Below, one piece after another: positions 13,684 through 25,605 of a stretch of 64,000 nucleotides of DNA. The DNA is from Spizellomyces punctatus DAOM BR117. Taxonomy: Eukaryota. The notes below the pieces were generated by a model, which saw only the letters and a list, made by a program, of their open reading frames with translations, was not told the origin of the DNA and searched no databases. Position numbers and translations under genes: made by a program. The DNA lies in NCBI GenBank assembly GCA_000182565.2, contig KQ257468.1. One strand, 5' to 3'. Each line of letters starts with the position of its first letter. Position 1 is the stretch's first letter.

Positions 13684-16301
13684 TTTGAGAGAGAGAGAAG
13701 GAAGGAAGGGAGGAATATTCTATAATCTACAAGTGGTAATAGAAAAGAGAGGGAAATGCTGCGAGTCCCCCCCTTATATATGGGTGGAATTTCCCGTTTT
13801 CTTGTTTTGAAACGGCCGCTTGTGTTTTTTTTTGCCAGTGGCCAGTTGTGTGTGTGTGTGTGTCTTCTTTCCAAAGCGGTCAACAAAAAGAACGCGTCTC
13901 TCAACACAGAAAGAATTTTCAATACTTCTAAAATTATTCCCATTTACAGATACAACGCCCTCCAAAGAGAGGGGGCGCTTCCTTTTTGAAAAGGAGAGGA
14001 ATATTCCGCAACCACTGCCACCCTTTGATTCTATTTCTGGCATTCCATTCATTCTATTTTGGGAATTTCTATGATTTTCATGTATTGTTACTCATTCTAT
14101 ATTCAACTTTCAACAAGCGGCTGGGGGGGAGGCATATCGGAACTCTCCTGTCAATATGGCCTATCCCACATCCATGTATTCATATACATGTCAAGGTATT
14201 CAACTCGAGTCAAATTGTTTACCAGTTAGACAGAGCAGAAACATGGCAGTGCTGGCGTTTAATCCCGCCATAGCAACAGCTATAAAAGTTACTTTGACTC
14301 GAGTCGCATAACGTATGTACTCCTGGGTACTAAGAGTGTCTCACAGTGTCAATGTTTGGAAATATGTCAAACTGCGGGGGATATGCATCGAGAACACACG
14401 CACCGCCTCGATTCTGTTCCGTGGCTGAGTAATTGGCAAGATTTCACGGAATTCAAAAAACGAGAAAACGGATGATCTCCATTGGGTTTACACCGTTTAA
14501 TTGAAAAGGGGGGCGCGAGTGTATGTTCCTCGCGTTTGCCACTGGTGGGGGATGATTGACCATGGCCTAAATGCCCCCATTTTCACCTGAATACAAAGTA
14601 GAAAACATACAACGTGTTATGGGATGGTATATCAGACTTTATTGGGACATTCATACATGGATACTTTTGTGTGATGCGTACTGTGTGTAGGTGTATGGCG
14701 CGTATGAGGATAGCTTGCCAGTTGGCCCATTCAAAAGGTGTGAAACTCTTCCCAAAAGCCTCATTCAATAAGAAACCCAACTTTTATGGCAAAAATAAAA
14801 TACCAATATTGGCATCTCAAACCCACCCATTGACCTTTAGCCCCGAACTTTCACGCGTTGCGCGTCACTGCCACCACCCACATACAGACATTGTTTTTTT
14901 CTCATGATTACGACATTGTCATCCTTGCCTACAAGTATATAATCCATGCCCCCAACACACATACTCCTACAAAACCATAAGTTACGAATAATGACTAGAA
15001 TACAGTTTATTCCCAATATCACACGTATGACGACTCGGTTCACCTCGACTCACTCGTCAACACATGCGCGATATACTGGAACACGTAGCCGCGTTCGACC
15101 CATGAATGTCGTGCTGGGGTTGGGTGGTCTTGTGCTTGGGACGGCTGTGTATAGAGAGCTACACTGATGGGATTAGAGGATGTGATTGGAAAGGGTGCTT
15201 TGTAGAAGATGGGTTATGCATGACTGCTCCTGCCATTTATGGCTGAGATGGCACAGTGAAGTGGATGGTTCAATAGACAAGACTTTAATCAGCACGTTCC
15301 CTAAAGTACCAAAGATCAATGACGGGATCCTGTTCGTATAGACAACCAGTCGATGGACTCTCTGGTATGGTCAATGATTGGGGTTTAACTAAAACGTGCT
15401 ACAATTTCGAAAAGGAACAAAGAAAACACATAGTAAAGAGCCGTTGCTTGTATTCCCTTGGCTGGTGGCCTTCCAACAACTCGTGCGTAGGGCACCGTAG
15501 TTGATTCCTTGGCAGCATGGTGAAGATCATCTAGGTTTCTGAATGCCCATAAGCCGTGAATTGGCCGCAATTCCAGTCAAGAGAGTCGTTTGTCCACGAT
15601 GAATATTCACTGATCAAGCTCAGCAGTCCATCTGCCACGAATATCATTCACTGCGAACCGCTTGTTAGGATCGGCATCACATGATCCAGGCTCTGCGACA
15701 GAAAGCACGTGACCAAGACGGAGCAAGCAAAGATCGTCTGTGTCCGTCAACCAATTCTTTCTTTCTCTCTCTCTCGCATCTCACTTACGACGGGATCTAT
15801 CCATCCATCCATCCGTTGTCGAGGTTCGTTTTCATCCTCCCATCCATCGAGTGTTCAATGAGTGCTACCTACACTACCCGATCCTTTGACCATTGAGCCA
15901 AGAGAGCAAGATGTGAACGAAAGCCTGAGCACTCGCAAGAGTGGCCCATGTGATGGAGTGTAAAAAACAATTTCGACAACAGAAGCAGTTTCTACCAAGT
16001 ACGCCATTCTCCACCATGCGAGCTTTGATTTTATTTCAAAGGACTGCGAAAAACAAACGAAAACAGAAACTGCTTCAGGAATCACATTGGCGCTCATTAG
16101 CTGGCCATTGTGACACTCTTGATGGGCAGTCCCTAAACTTTGCAAAAGAGGGGGCTCTTAGGAATCGTTTTGCACTTTCTATGGCCGTGGGTGGTGTAGT
16201 TTGCGCAACGACACTCCTATTGGAGCAAATCTTGTCCTTACGCAGTCTAATGTCAAGCTCATGATCTAACTCGCTGTTATTTTTTTTTCTTTTAGATCAA
16301 A

Positions 16302-17003
16302 ATGGTTCGCATCTCTGTCCTTAACGACTGCCTAAAGAGCATTGTCAATGCCGAGAAGCGCGGAAAGCGCCAGGTGCTCGTCCGCCCTAGCTCCAAGGTC
16401 ATTGTCAAGTTTTTGTCGGTCATGCAAAAGCACGGTAAGTTGGCCTGACGTGATCACCAAAAACGAGTTTTGGGGAGTGTGTATGATTCGAAGTTATAAC
16501 TGGATGCTTGTCGGACACTGTGGGCAGATGTCTTTTAATGCTTCGATATAAAGACAGAGTGTACTTACACCCCACGTCTTTATCACCTATGGGCGGGGGG
16601 TTTATATACGCACAACATATGAATGCACAGATGCGCATCGTTTACATGATGATGGAACAATCACTCATGACTATTTCTCATAAAGGCTACATTGGCGAAT
16701 TCGAGATCATTGACGACCACCGCTCCGGCAAGATCGTCATCCAACTTATTGGTCGTCTCAACAAGTGCGGAGTCATTTCCCCCCGCTTCAACGTGAAACA
16801 AAAGGACATTGAGACTTGGATCAACAACCTTTTGCCCTCTCGTCAGTTTGGGTACATTGTCCTGACCACCTCTGCTGGTATCATGGACCACGAGGAGGCC
16901 CGTCGTAAGAAGACTGGTGGCAAGGTGTGTATGGTGTTTCTTCTTTGTTGGATATATGGGATTTTTTCTGACGTGTTGTTAGATCCTTGGATTCTTTTAC
17001 TAG
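16302..17003 (+). CDS. RPS22: 40S ribosomal protein S22/S15a (uS8)
   Basis: Exons 16302-16434, 16686-16924, 16983-17003: [29 protein letters not shown]...[20 protein letters not shown]...GGKILGFFY*. A 5'UTR intron ends at 16295 (ctaac...tttag). Confidence 0.97.
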
Positions 17004-18081
17004 GGGTTGAGCACTGTCGGCTTTGGTAGAGTGGGATCCGTCAGAGACTTGTTGTATCGCATTCTGCTGTGGCTTTCATAATACATTGAATTGTGTATAT
17101 TTATTTTCTTTATCTTAATGATGGGTGTGGCGACTACGCCGTATCGTAAAGAGGGAGTGTTCCGTGGTGGGGATACGGGAGCACAGCACTCTCGTATACT
17201 AGGACTTATGGCTGTCATGCTGACATGTTTTACAGTACATCGGCGCTTACTAGTGTGTATTTTGAGGAAGTTTTGAACAGGACGAATGTTAGTCTGTGGA
17301 TTCGGAATATGGGGTACTCTGTAGAATCAGGTACTGGCGTGATCTCACATGACTAAACGCATCGATAAATCTTTGATGACGCGGACAGTCGAAGTTCATC
17401 ATCCATCGTGTTTTCCTCTACATTAATACATATCAAAAACTAGTTTAACATGCTTTAAAAATGCAGAAAAACAGGTGGGATATTTTCTATGCATCGGATA
17501 ATAACTTCTGTGTATGTACTTTGTCACATACCCGGCAATATTTGATGTTCTAGCCTAATGGAAGTCTGTGCAAGTGTCGGCCAATGTCCAATTGAGATTT
17601 TGGGGGTTATACTTGATTTGTACCCGTACTACGGAGTACGGTACCCGGAATGTGCATGGCTACCTATTTGATTATGATTACGGGGGTTGGGGTGCTTGTG
17701 ACTGATTGGCGGGCGATCAAGGAAAATGGATTTTGTACTGGGTATGGACAACTGGCAGTCTTGCCTTTCGATGACTAAATGTGAGATACACTATTCCTTG
17801 ATCATGGGACCAACGACTTTGATACACATATCTTCATGTTAGAACGGATGTGCAATATGTGAAAAGGCACAATGAGATCATTTCAGAGGTTTAACGCGTT
17901 CATGTCCGGATGTTATAATCTACGCGATTAGTTCTGTCCGGATGTCATGCCAATTCCTTAAAACGAGGCCTCGTGGGAAACATCCCCTAAATAAATCTTT
18001 TGCCTCACAATCTGCTTCAAAACTTTCTCAAAACTTGTTGAATATTTTTTGGCTTCAGGTGTCGTCGAGTAGACCACAACC

Positions 18082-21000
18082 ATGGCACGCAATGCAGAGA
18101 ACACGCAGATTGGAGGGACCTTGGTGAAAGACCTTCCCTGTGATGTTGCATTGAATTATTTTCGCATATGCTCGCCGTATGAGAGTACGCCCAATGTGCA
18201 GGAACTGGGCGATATGCTCGCTAATGCCATCTACGCACATTCCCAACGGGAGGATGGCCGAGCGGACAATGGTCAACTTGTGAACTTTAATGTCCCGGAT
18301 GCCGGTGAGTCCAGAAATCGAAAAAGCACTACTAATCGAGACTAAAATAATCTCTTAGACACTGTAATGGCTTGGACGCGGGAAGTCTCTTTGGCCGAGA
18401 TTTTCTCTAAAGGAACAGGGATCCGCACTTTAGTCATTCCTGTTTACCAGAGGCCGTACACTTGGGGACGGACGGTTGTCAAGCGCTTACTAGGGGACAT
18501 TTATGAGGCTTTCAGTATTAATAAAAATAAACCGTATTTTATCGGAAGCATCGTGCTGAACGACAGTCATGATCTTTTGGACGAAGATGGGAACGAGGGA
18601 GAATTTAGCGTTGTGGATGGTCAGCAGCGCCTGACTACATTAATGTTAATATTTGCTGGTTGTCGATCACTGTGCAGCGAGTCCACGCAGGATGAGGTAG
18701 GTGTGCTTCTGACGATCCGCCTTTAACGACGGAACGAATAAGTATTCCACCATTCAGATTCAAGACTACCTCGAGCATTCACCGAAATTTAAGCGGCTGT
18801 ATCATTTGCGAGAGGGGCCTGGACCAGAGATATTTCGAAAGTACGCGATGCAAAACAAGGAAAATATTGCAGATGCAGCAAACGAGGATAATTCGGGAAA
18901 AAATGCCCAAGAGGCTCGTACATTGGTAGATGCAATGACCGCCATATATGAAGAGTTGGAAGAACGTACCGAGCAACTGGAGACCAATGAGGCGGACGAG
19001 TTCCTTGCGAGTTTCGCTGATTATGTCTATAGTCGATGCCGTATGATTTGCATGACCGGCGCAGGGGAACGCGGCGGTCATCGAATTTTTAGTACGTTGA
19101 ACGTATGTGGGGTTAAGCTGGATGTACTTGACTTCGTAAAGGTAAGTAAACAAAGGCATGCGCCGTGGGCTCACCCATCCTAACAACAACAACGGTCGAC
19201 AGGCAAGTATCTACACACATGCTATCATGGAGTTTAACGACAGTCAGGCGACACGTAGCCGACGAAACTTCAATGCCACAATCCAAAAAGGGATGAACGC
19301 TTGGAACGCCGTTGAGGACAAGCTACGGCGATGGCCGAGTGGTATGCACAGTGGTTTGACAAGGTTCCACGACCTTTTCCTGCATTTCTACCGTCTTCAC
19401 TTGGTGTGGCTATGCGCCGACGTCTCTTACCGGGGGAGCTGCATTGGCGATTCATCAAAAGAGGAAAAAGAGGACCACTTCCAGACTCTCTACATGGACA
19501 GTTTCTCAGCGACGACGATGTCAGAAACAGATCGATATGCTCCTATGTACAGCTGGTGTGGGGACGTTGCTGACATAAAGAGCGCTATACCCCGTCTCAA
19601 TTTCGAGATCACGATGCAACTCATCAAGGAAATCGGATCTCATTTTTACCAAATTGTCATCACTTATGCTAGCAGTCGTGGCAGCACGGTTGACGGCTTA
19701 CTAAACCTGGAAAAAAAACTTTTAAACTGCGAGAAGTGGCAATTGACCTACTCCTTGTGGGTCACAATTGCACTTGCTGCAATGCAACGTCTCGCCAAGC
19801 TATCCAAAAGGAAAGGCGGTGCAACTACTGGACAGCCTGCCTTTTGGACATATCTTGAAACGCTGATGGTTGCATACATGTTGGAGATAGAGGCTAAAGA
19901 AGACTTTGCTGAACATTTACTAAGGAGGTCTTTCGAAGACCTGAAGAAGATCGTGACAGCTGCAAGAGTTGAAGACATCATTGAACAGCTGTCTCTGCGG
20001 CATGCACCGCGCGAAGGACGCCGATACAGCGAAGCGGCTGAATTCCTTAGGAGAATCAAAGAAAATGTCTACAAAACTTCCGGACCCTTCGCAACGAAAT
20101 ATCTTCTCGTTCGTTTAAATACGTGCTCATACGAACGGCCGGATTGTCAACCATACGAGGTAAACTGGAAACTGACCGAAGTGGAGCACCTGCTTCCAGT
20201 GTCGCTCGATCAGCCTGACGACGGTTGGCCAGGGTGGACGGCCAAGCAAATCAAGGATGCCAAAAACAAGCTTGGTAATCTGCTGTTACTTGGTCCTGGA
20301 CAAAACAAAGAACTGTCGAATAAGGCATTTCAAAAAAAGCAATCGCTTTATCTGAGGTCATCACTGGGTCCTTGCCCTTTTGCCATTACGGTCCGACGTG
20401 CTGGGTTGGACAGCTGGACTTATGATGATTTTGAAAGGGAGCAAAACGATATTATCAAGAGGCTACAGAAAGTTTTCATGACTCCGGCCTCCCCAGTCCA
20501 GGCTGGGGCTTCAGGATCAATACAGGATATGCATCCGCATGATGTCCAATATGCGGCTGCTGACTCGGGGGAGAATATACATTGGCAAGGTTCGACTGGC
20601 GCCAGCGGCTTGCCGGGGGTCCAAATGCCGTCAGCTCAAGCAGAGCTGTCACCTGCCAATTTGTTCTCTGATCCCAGCACGGCCGCGGAAGACGACCATG
20701 ACAGCCACGCGGCGACTGTGATGGCAGAATCAGGAGAGAATGGGCAAGGCGCTGCTGCCGCTGACATCCTGCCACGAGCACCTCCGCTGTCAGCGCAAGC
20801 AGAGTTGTCACTTGATTCTGTCATTCTCACCTCCATGGACGTCGCCGTGGAGAAAGATGTCTCTGACGATGACGCGGAAAACGAACTGGGAGAGAGAATA
20901 CTAGCCCAACAGTTGCAAGAAGATCAGGTTAGATATATGCAAGAAAGGCAGACTGTTGGTGATGATGTTCGACCTTGTCCAGAGAAATGCTACAAAGAGA

Positions 21001-21455
21001 GAGTCGCAACAGCCACATGTTCAGGAACAATCACTGCGAATGAATCTCATTGCCATTTATGTCACTGGATCGAAAGCGGCGGACAATGTTCGAAGACACC
21101 ATCTGAAGGAAAGAAATTGTGTATCGATCATAACCGGCTGCTTCACTCTTGTGCCCAACATCTTTTCGTCGGAAAGAGCAACTCTCCGAGCCACAGGATC
21201 TGCTACCGTCCTCATGTGCCGGGCCGTGAGTTTCGCGGAAAGCACGCGTGCGATCAATGTCACCATTGCAAGGCGCGCTCTCGGATCGCATGTAAAGAGC
21301 CTTCCACCAAAGACGATATTTTTTGTGTTGAGCATAGGAAACATTTCGACAGTTTGAAGGACGCTGCTAGAAGTCGCAGACAGAAGGCTGATGAACGCAA
21401 ACGGAAAAAACGTCAAAAGTCCCAAGATAGTTCCAAGCGAGCTAAGCCTTCTTAG
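18082..21455 (+). CDS. DUF262 + DUF1524(HNH) GmrSD/SspE-like protein with C-terminal Cys/His zinc fingers and basic tail (~1065 aa, 4 exons)
   Basis: Exons 18082-18304, 18359-18696, 18758-19141, 19203-21455 splice in frame via GT-AG introns. DUF262 motifs IPVYQRPYTW, YFIGSIVL, VVDGQQRLTTL, IFSTLNVCGVKL; DUF1524 motifs TEVEHLLP and NKLGNLLLL...NKELSNKAFQKK. Confidence 0.88.
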
Positions 21456-22076
21456 CGGATGCTGATAAATGCAAGTGGAAACAATTCCAAAGTTCTTTAA
21501 AAGAGTTCCAAGATAGCCACGTCGTCATTAGCTGACTTTGAGAGTGGGAACACTGTGTTACATGTCTTCATCTCTCCCGTATTCTTCTTAAGCAGCCCTG
21601 ATAGGCAAGTTGCTTATCTGCTACTGTTACGACAGGGTATCTGAACCACAGTGGTTATGGGCAGCATAAACAAATACATCATCACAGTACATGCCTTCAT
21701 CTCTCCCGCGTGTGTGATGGGCCTTTTGAGGAGGACTTGTGTATATTGGGCGTAGTAGTGCTCGGTTGAGATTGGGATTGTCATTGTCGTAAACTTGCGA
21801 ATTTGGCACTTTGGTCCTGCAAGTTCGTACTTTATAAACACTGGAGAAATTGGCCAGCAATCGTGGCAGCACCTTACTACCTTTAAAGAAATTAGTACAT
21901 GTGCTGTGCGAGACTATGACTTGAATTCCAGATGATCCGGCTAGCAACTGTGACAGCATTCCACTTGACCATTTTATCGGCCGCTGTCAGATGGCTACCA
22001 GAATACATGTGTCAGACAGCGAAAAAAGTATAGAAAGTGACGATCGAAAATAAAAAGGCAGTGGATCCTCGTTGAA

Positions 22077-22159
22077 CTCCCAGACGGGGAATCGAACCCC
22101 GATCTTCCCCGTACTGTCAATTTGACAGGGGGAGATACTAACCATTATACTATCTGGGA
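22077..22159 (-). tRNA. tRNA-Asp(GTC) with ~11-nt intron
   Basis: Reverse complement TCCCAGATAGTATAATGGTTAGTATCTCCCCCT-GTC-A[AATTGACAGTA]CGGGGAAGATCGGGGTTCGATTCCCCGTCTGGGAG forms a cloverleaf with A/B boxes; intron at the canonical 37/38 position. Confidence 0.93.
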
Positions 22160-22953
22160 CTTGTATTCCTTGACTTTATGGAACACCATATGGTATGCAA
22201 GGCCTGGCAGTCCTGTACGGAAGGGATGCTGGTATGAAATGCCGCTGACGAAGCAAAGGACAATTGGGTGTTATTTGTCGAACCCCGATTTTTGTTTTAT
22301 GCAACATATTTTTGGACAAGATCCTGTTTTTAAGGGGTTTCATTGTATGTGGTTTGTTGTATGCGTATCAGATCTTGCATACCTTACAAGTTTGACTTTT
22401 ATGATAATCGTATCCTTGTTTGCCAAGTGTTCAAACAAGAAATGATTTGTGTTTGTGATGTGTACATGCCCAGCCCATCATATTTGTACTGAATGCGAAT
22501 ACGTTTTTCGTTATGATGCAAAAGGAACCTTTACATATCCTTCAAAAAAAGAAGTTTATCATCATCGTGTCTGGATTAAAGTTTTAGGTTTCCAAGGGAT
22601 GTGATATTCCTTTGATGAGATGAGCGGATTCTGAACTATCCGACCCATATAGATATAAATGATATCCAAATAGCCATGTTGAATAAACCCACATTGCATT
22701 CTCCATCCATCTGGCCGTTGTCCTTATCTAACAACCCTCCCCAATTTCACCAAATACAAGTGTTCCCCTTTAAACCCTTTAACCAACTCAGCCAGTCACG
22801 TCATACCATCCACGTGACAAACCACATGACCATCTTTCCTTCTCTGTGCCGCCCCTTCATAAGCGGGCTGGTGTGCAATCCCCCCATCCATCTCCCGTAA
22901 TCCTCGCTTGGAACCAACCGCCGACGCCATCTTGTAAAATATTGGAATTGACA

Positions 22954-23368
22954 ATGAATACCCCTACGGCAAAGAAAACGCGTACGGATGTACACTCGCC
23001 TTCCATGACCCATTCTCAGCGGCCGCAGATTCCTGGGCAAATGCAGGCTCAGTTAGTCAAGTAAATGTGAAAAACGAGTGGTGTAATTGTATGTACTGTT
23101 TGTCTAATTCTTTTTTGTTTTTTTTGGTATAGTTTGGGGATGCGGGTTCGTAAATGTGAGTTACAAAATAAAGGATTGACACGAGATGCGGTTTACTGAT
23201 GTTGTTTGTTTTGTAGCAATCGCGGATGGATACAAAACACCCAATAAACCCATCTACGGCATGCCCCAATCAACCGATATTACACCCCCCAAACATGAAC
23301 AAACACAAAACCCTAGGAAACGGGGACTTATTACGGATTTTTTTGGACCGCAAGAGAATGGGCAGTAG
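22954..23368 (+). CDS. Spd1/Dif1/Hug1-family ribonucleotide reductase inhibitor (~93 aa, 3 exons including a 23-nt micro-exon)
   Basis: Exons 22954-23060, 23133-23155, 23217-23368 give ...RPQIPGQMQAQLVNLGMRVRKSIADGYKTP..., matching the Hug/RNR-inhibitor motif of S. pombe Spd1 (VGMRVRKSISTGYK). C-terminus RKRGLITDFFG. Confidence 0.85.
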
Positions 23369-23652
23369 TTTTTATGTTTTGTTTGAGAAGGATGTGGGTT
23401 CGAGTCCTATATTCCTTTTATTTTCTTGTATTTAGTGGTTGCGAGTTGGAGTGGGCATACCGTGGATGAGTAAGAGTGGTTTTGTGTACAGTGTTGGCTT
23501 GGGACAATGTGGGAATCGAAAACATTAAAGACAAGGGAATATATTTCGCTTCTTTACTAAAAAAAAATCCAAAATGTAAACCATATACGTTTTCTTTTCG
23601 TCGTTTGCTATCTTCTTTTTTTTTGCTAGTCAAGCTCGTCCTATTCCGATTC

Positions 23653-25605
23653 TCAACCCTTGTGCTCCACAGGCACCGTCACAAGATTCCCATTCCTAAC
23701 CGTCGTCTTAAATTGCTCCGAAAGGGGTTTCTCCGTGTAATCCCCATCAGCACCCTGCACAAGCACATTCATTTCTGAACTCTTTGCCGTAAGGATCTCA
23801 ATATCCAACGTCTCTTTGGAAAGGTACAATTGTAATCCGTCCGTTTTGTCAATCGCGACCGTAGGTGCTTTGCCGGTGATTTGGACTTGGGCGGATTTGG
23901 TGTTCACCACGTCGATCGTTGAGACCACGTTCTCGACTAGGAGGCCAACCTTTCTGGAGCCATCTATAAACATACACGATAGAATCGTCAATCAAAACCA
24001 AATCTTTTGTTCTTTTCAAAATTGTTCAATAAAAGGACTTACCGATCGTAACGGCATTAACCTTGCCCTTGATTTGAATCGTACAGTTTTGGCAATTGTA
24101 AATATAAACAACATGCCTCAATTCCGTTTGATCTATAATGATTTCATTGTTGTTGACTTGGTTCTCCTATTTGGTTTTATCGCACATTTTATTAAATGGT
24201 TCGTTTTGAATCACGCAGTGGGTTAGGAAGAACTTACCACCACCCACTTGTTGCCTTCAAGAGCAAGCTTTGGAGGGGCCTTGAGTGCTGCAGCAGGTCT
24301 TGCAGACGGAGCTGTTAAAACAGAAAGAGTGAGATGGATGGCCGCCATTTGCCCTTGTTCTCTTTTTTTTTTTTACCTGCAGCGCCTCCTCCGGTACCGC
24401 TCTTGACGATACTGGATGCTCGAAGTTCGGGGTTCTTGTGCGTCATTTCAGATTTATCCACCTTTCGTAAACCTAGAACATAATCACACATTACCAAAGT
24501 GACATTAGAAAATGGAAAAGTGGACATTACGCACCGCTGGTGAGACCTTCCTTGTTCAACTCGCTAAACAATGCAGCGGTAGGTGGGGCGCCTCCTTGCG
24601 AACTGGTTGGGAGAATCCCGACAGCCGGTGGTGGGGGTGGAGCTGGGGCACCGCCACGGGTAACAGGTGCAGGAGCAGCAACTGGGAAACCCAATTCCAT
24701 CAGATGTAAATCTAACTAAAACGAATCTGTTCATTCATACCGCTGGCGGACTTTGCATCTCCTCCACGCGGGTTCCATGACAACCCTGTGGTATGGTGCT
24801 TTTTAACATATGTCTGCAGTTCGGTCAAAAAGGTCACAAAGCTGTTGGCCCAGTCAACGTGACTCTTGTCCCTGCATCAAAGTAAAACAGTATTAAACGG
24901 GATGAATTTTGATGATCAATGAGAATGTCATCTACGCACTTGTCCTTGTACTCTTTGATAACACGGTTAGCCCAAAATTGTGCAGAATCCCTCATTTCTC
25001 CAACGAATGGCGCAGGTGCAGGTTCCTGTGGTGCACATACGTTCATACATTAGCATTAACAACGTAGTGACATACATCTACGTTTAAATAACTTACCACA
25101 ACCACCCATCCCAAACCAGGAATACCCTCACTAACGGTAGAGAGATGGTTATAAAACGGGCTGGCCCGATTTTTCTCGCGCAGTTCCGTAATCTTTGTAA
25201 TGGCAGCCTGCGTGGGTTTCAGCAATTCCTGCAGAGTGGTCGTATCGGGTTTCTTGGACGCCGCGGCGACCTGAATGAGCGCTTTCTGGGCTTGAATGGC
25301 TTCGCGTACGCTCTCGGCCTGTTTTGATAGAGCTAGCTTAGCAGAAAATCCTCAACATCATAGTATATTTATCATACCTGTTCCTTGACCAAACCGCCAA
25401 TAGCTGCACTACCGCTGACATACACTTGGAGCGGTCCACCAACAAGGTCCTCAAATGCAGTAATACTTGGACCACCACTACCAGCAGACGAAACTGGAGC
25501 TGACGGAGCAGCTTCCGCAGATTTACTCCGGCCAGCTACTTCCTCGATACGTTGCGTGGCCGCTTCGAGTCGCTTGATGAGGGATGCAAGGGTTGCTTCA
25601 GACAT
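23653..25605 (-). CDS. SRV2: Adenylyl cyclase-associated protein (CAP/Srv2), multi-exon
   Basis: LIKRLEAATQRIE (RLE motif); NHLSTVSEGIPGLGWV; DSAQFWANRVIKEYKD; polyproline; GLRKVDKSEMTHKNPELR; C-terminal CARP repeats ending SSEMNV...EQFKT...TVPVEHKG. Confidence 0.95.

Noticed and set aside
18082-21455. Bacterial contamination as the explanation for the DUF262 gene
   Set aside because: Three in-frame GT-AG introns, an NLS-like tail and fungal flanking genes.
22111-22128. Hairpin ctgtcaa/ttgacag in tRNA-Asp
   Set aside because: Ordinary pairing between a pre-tRNA intron and the anticodon.
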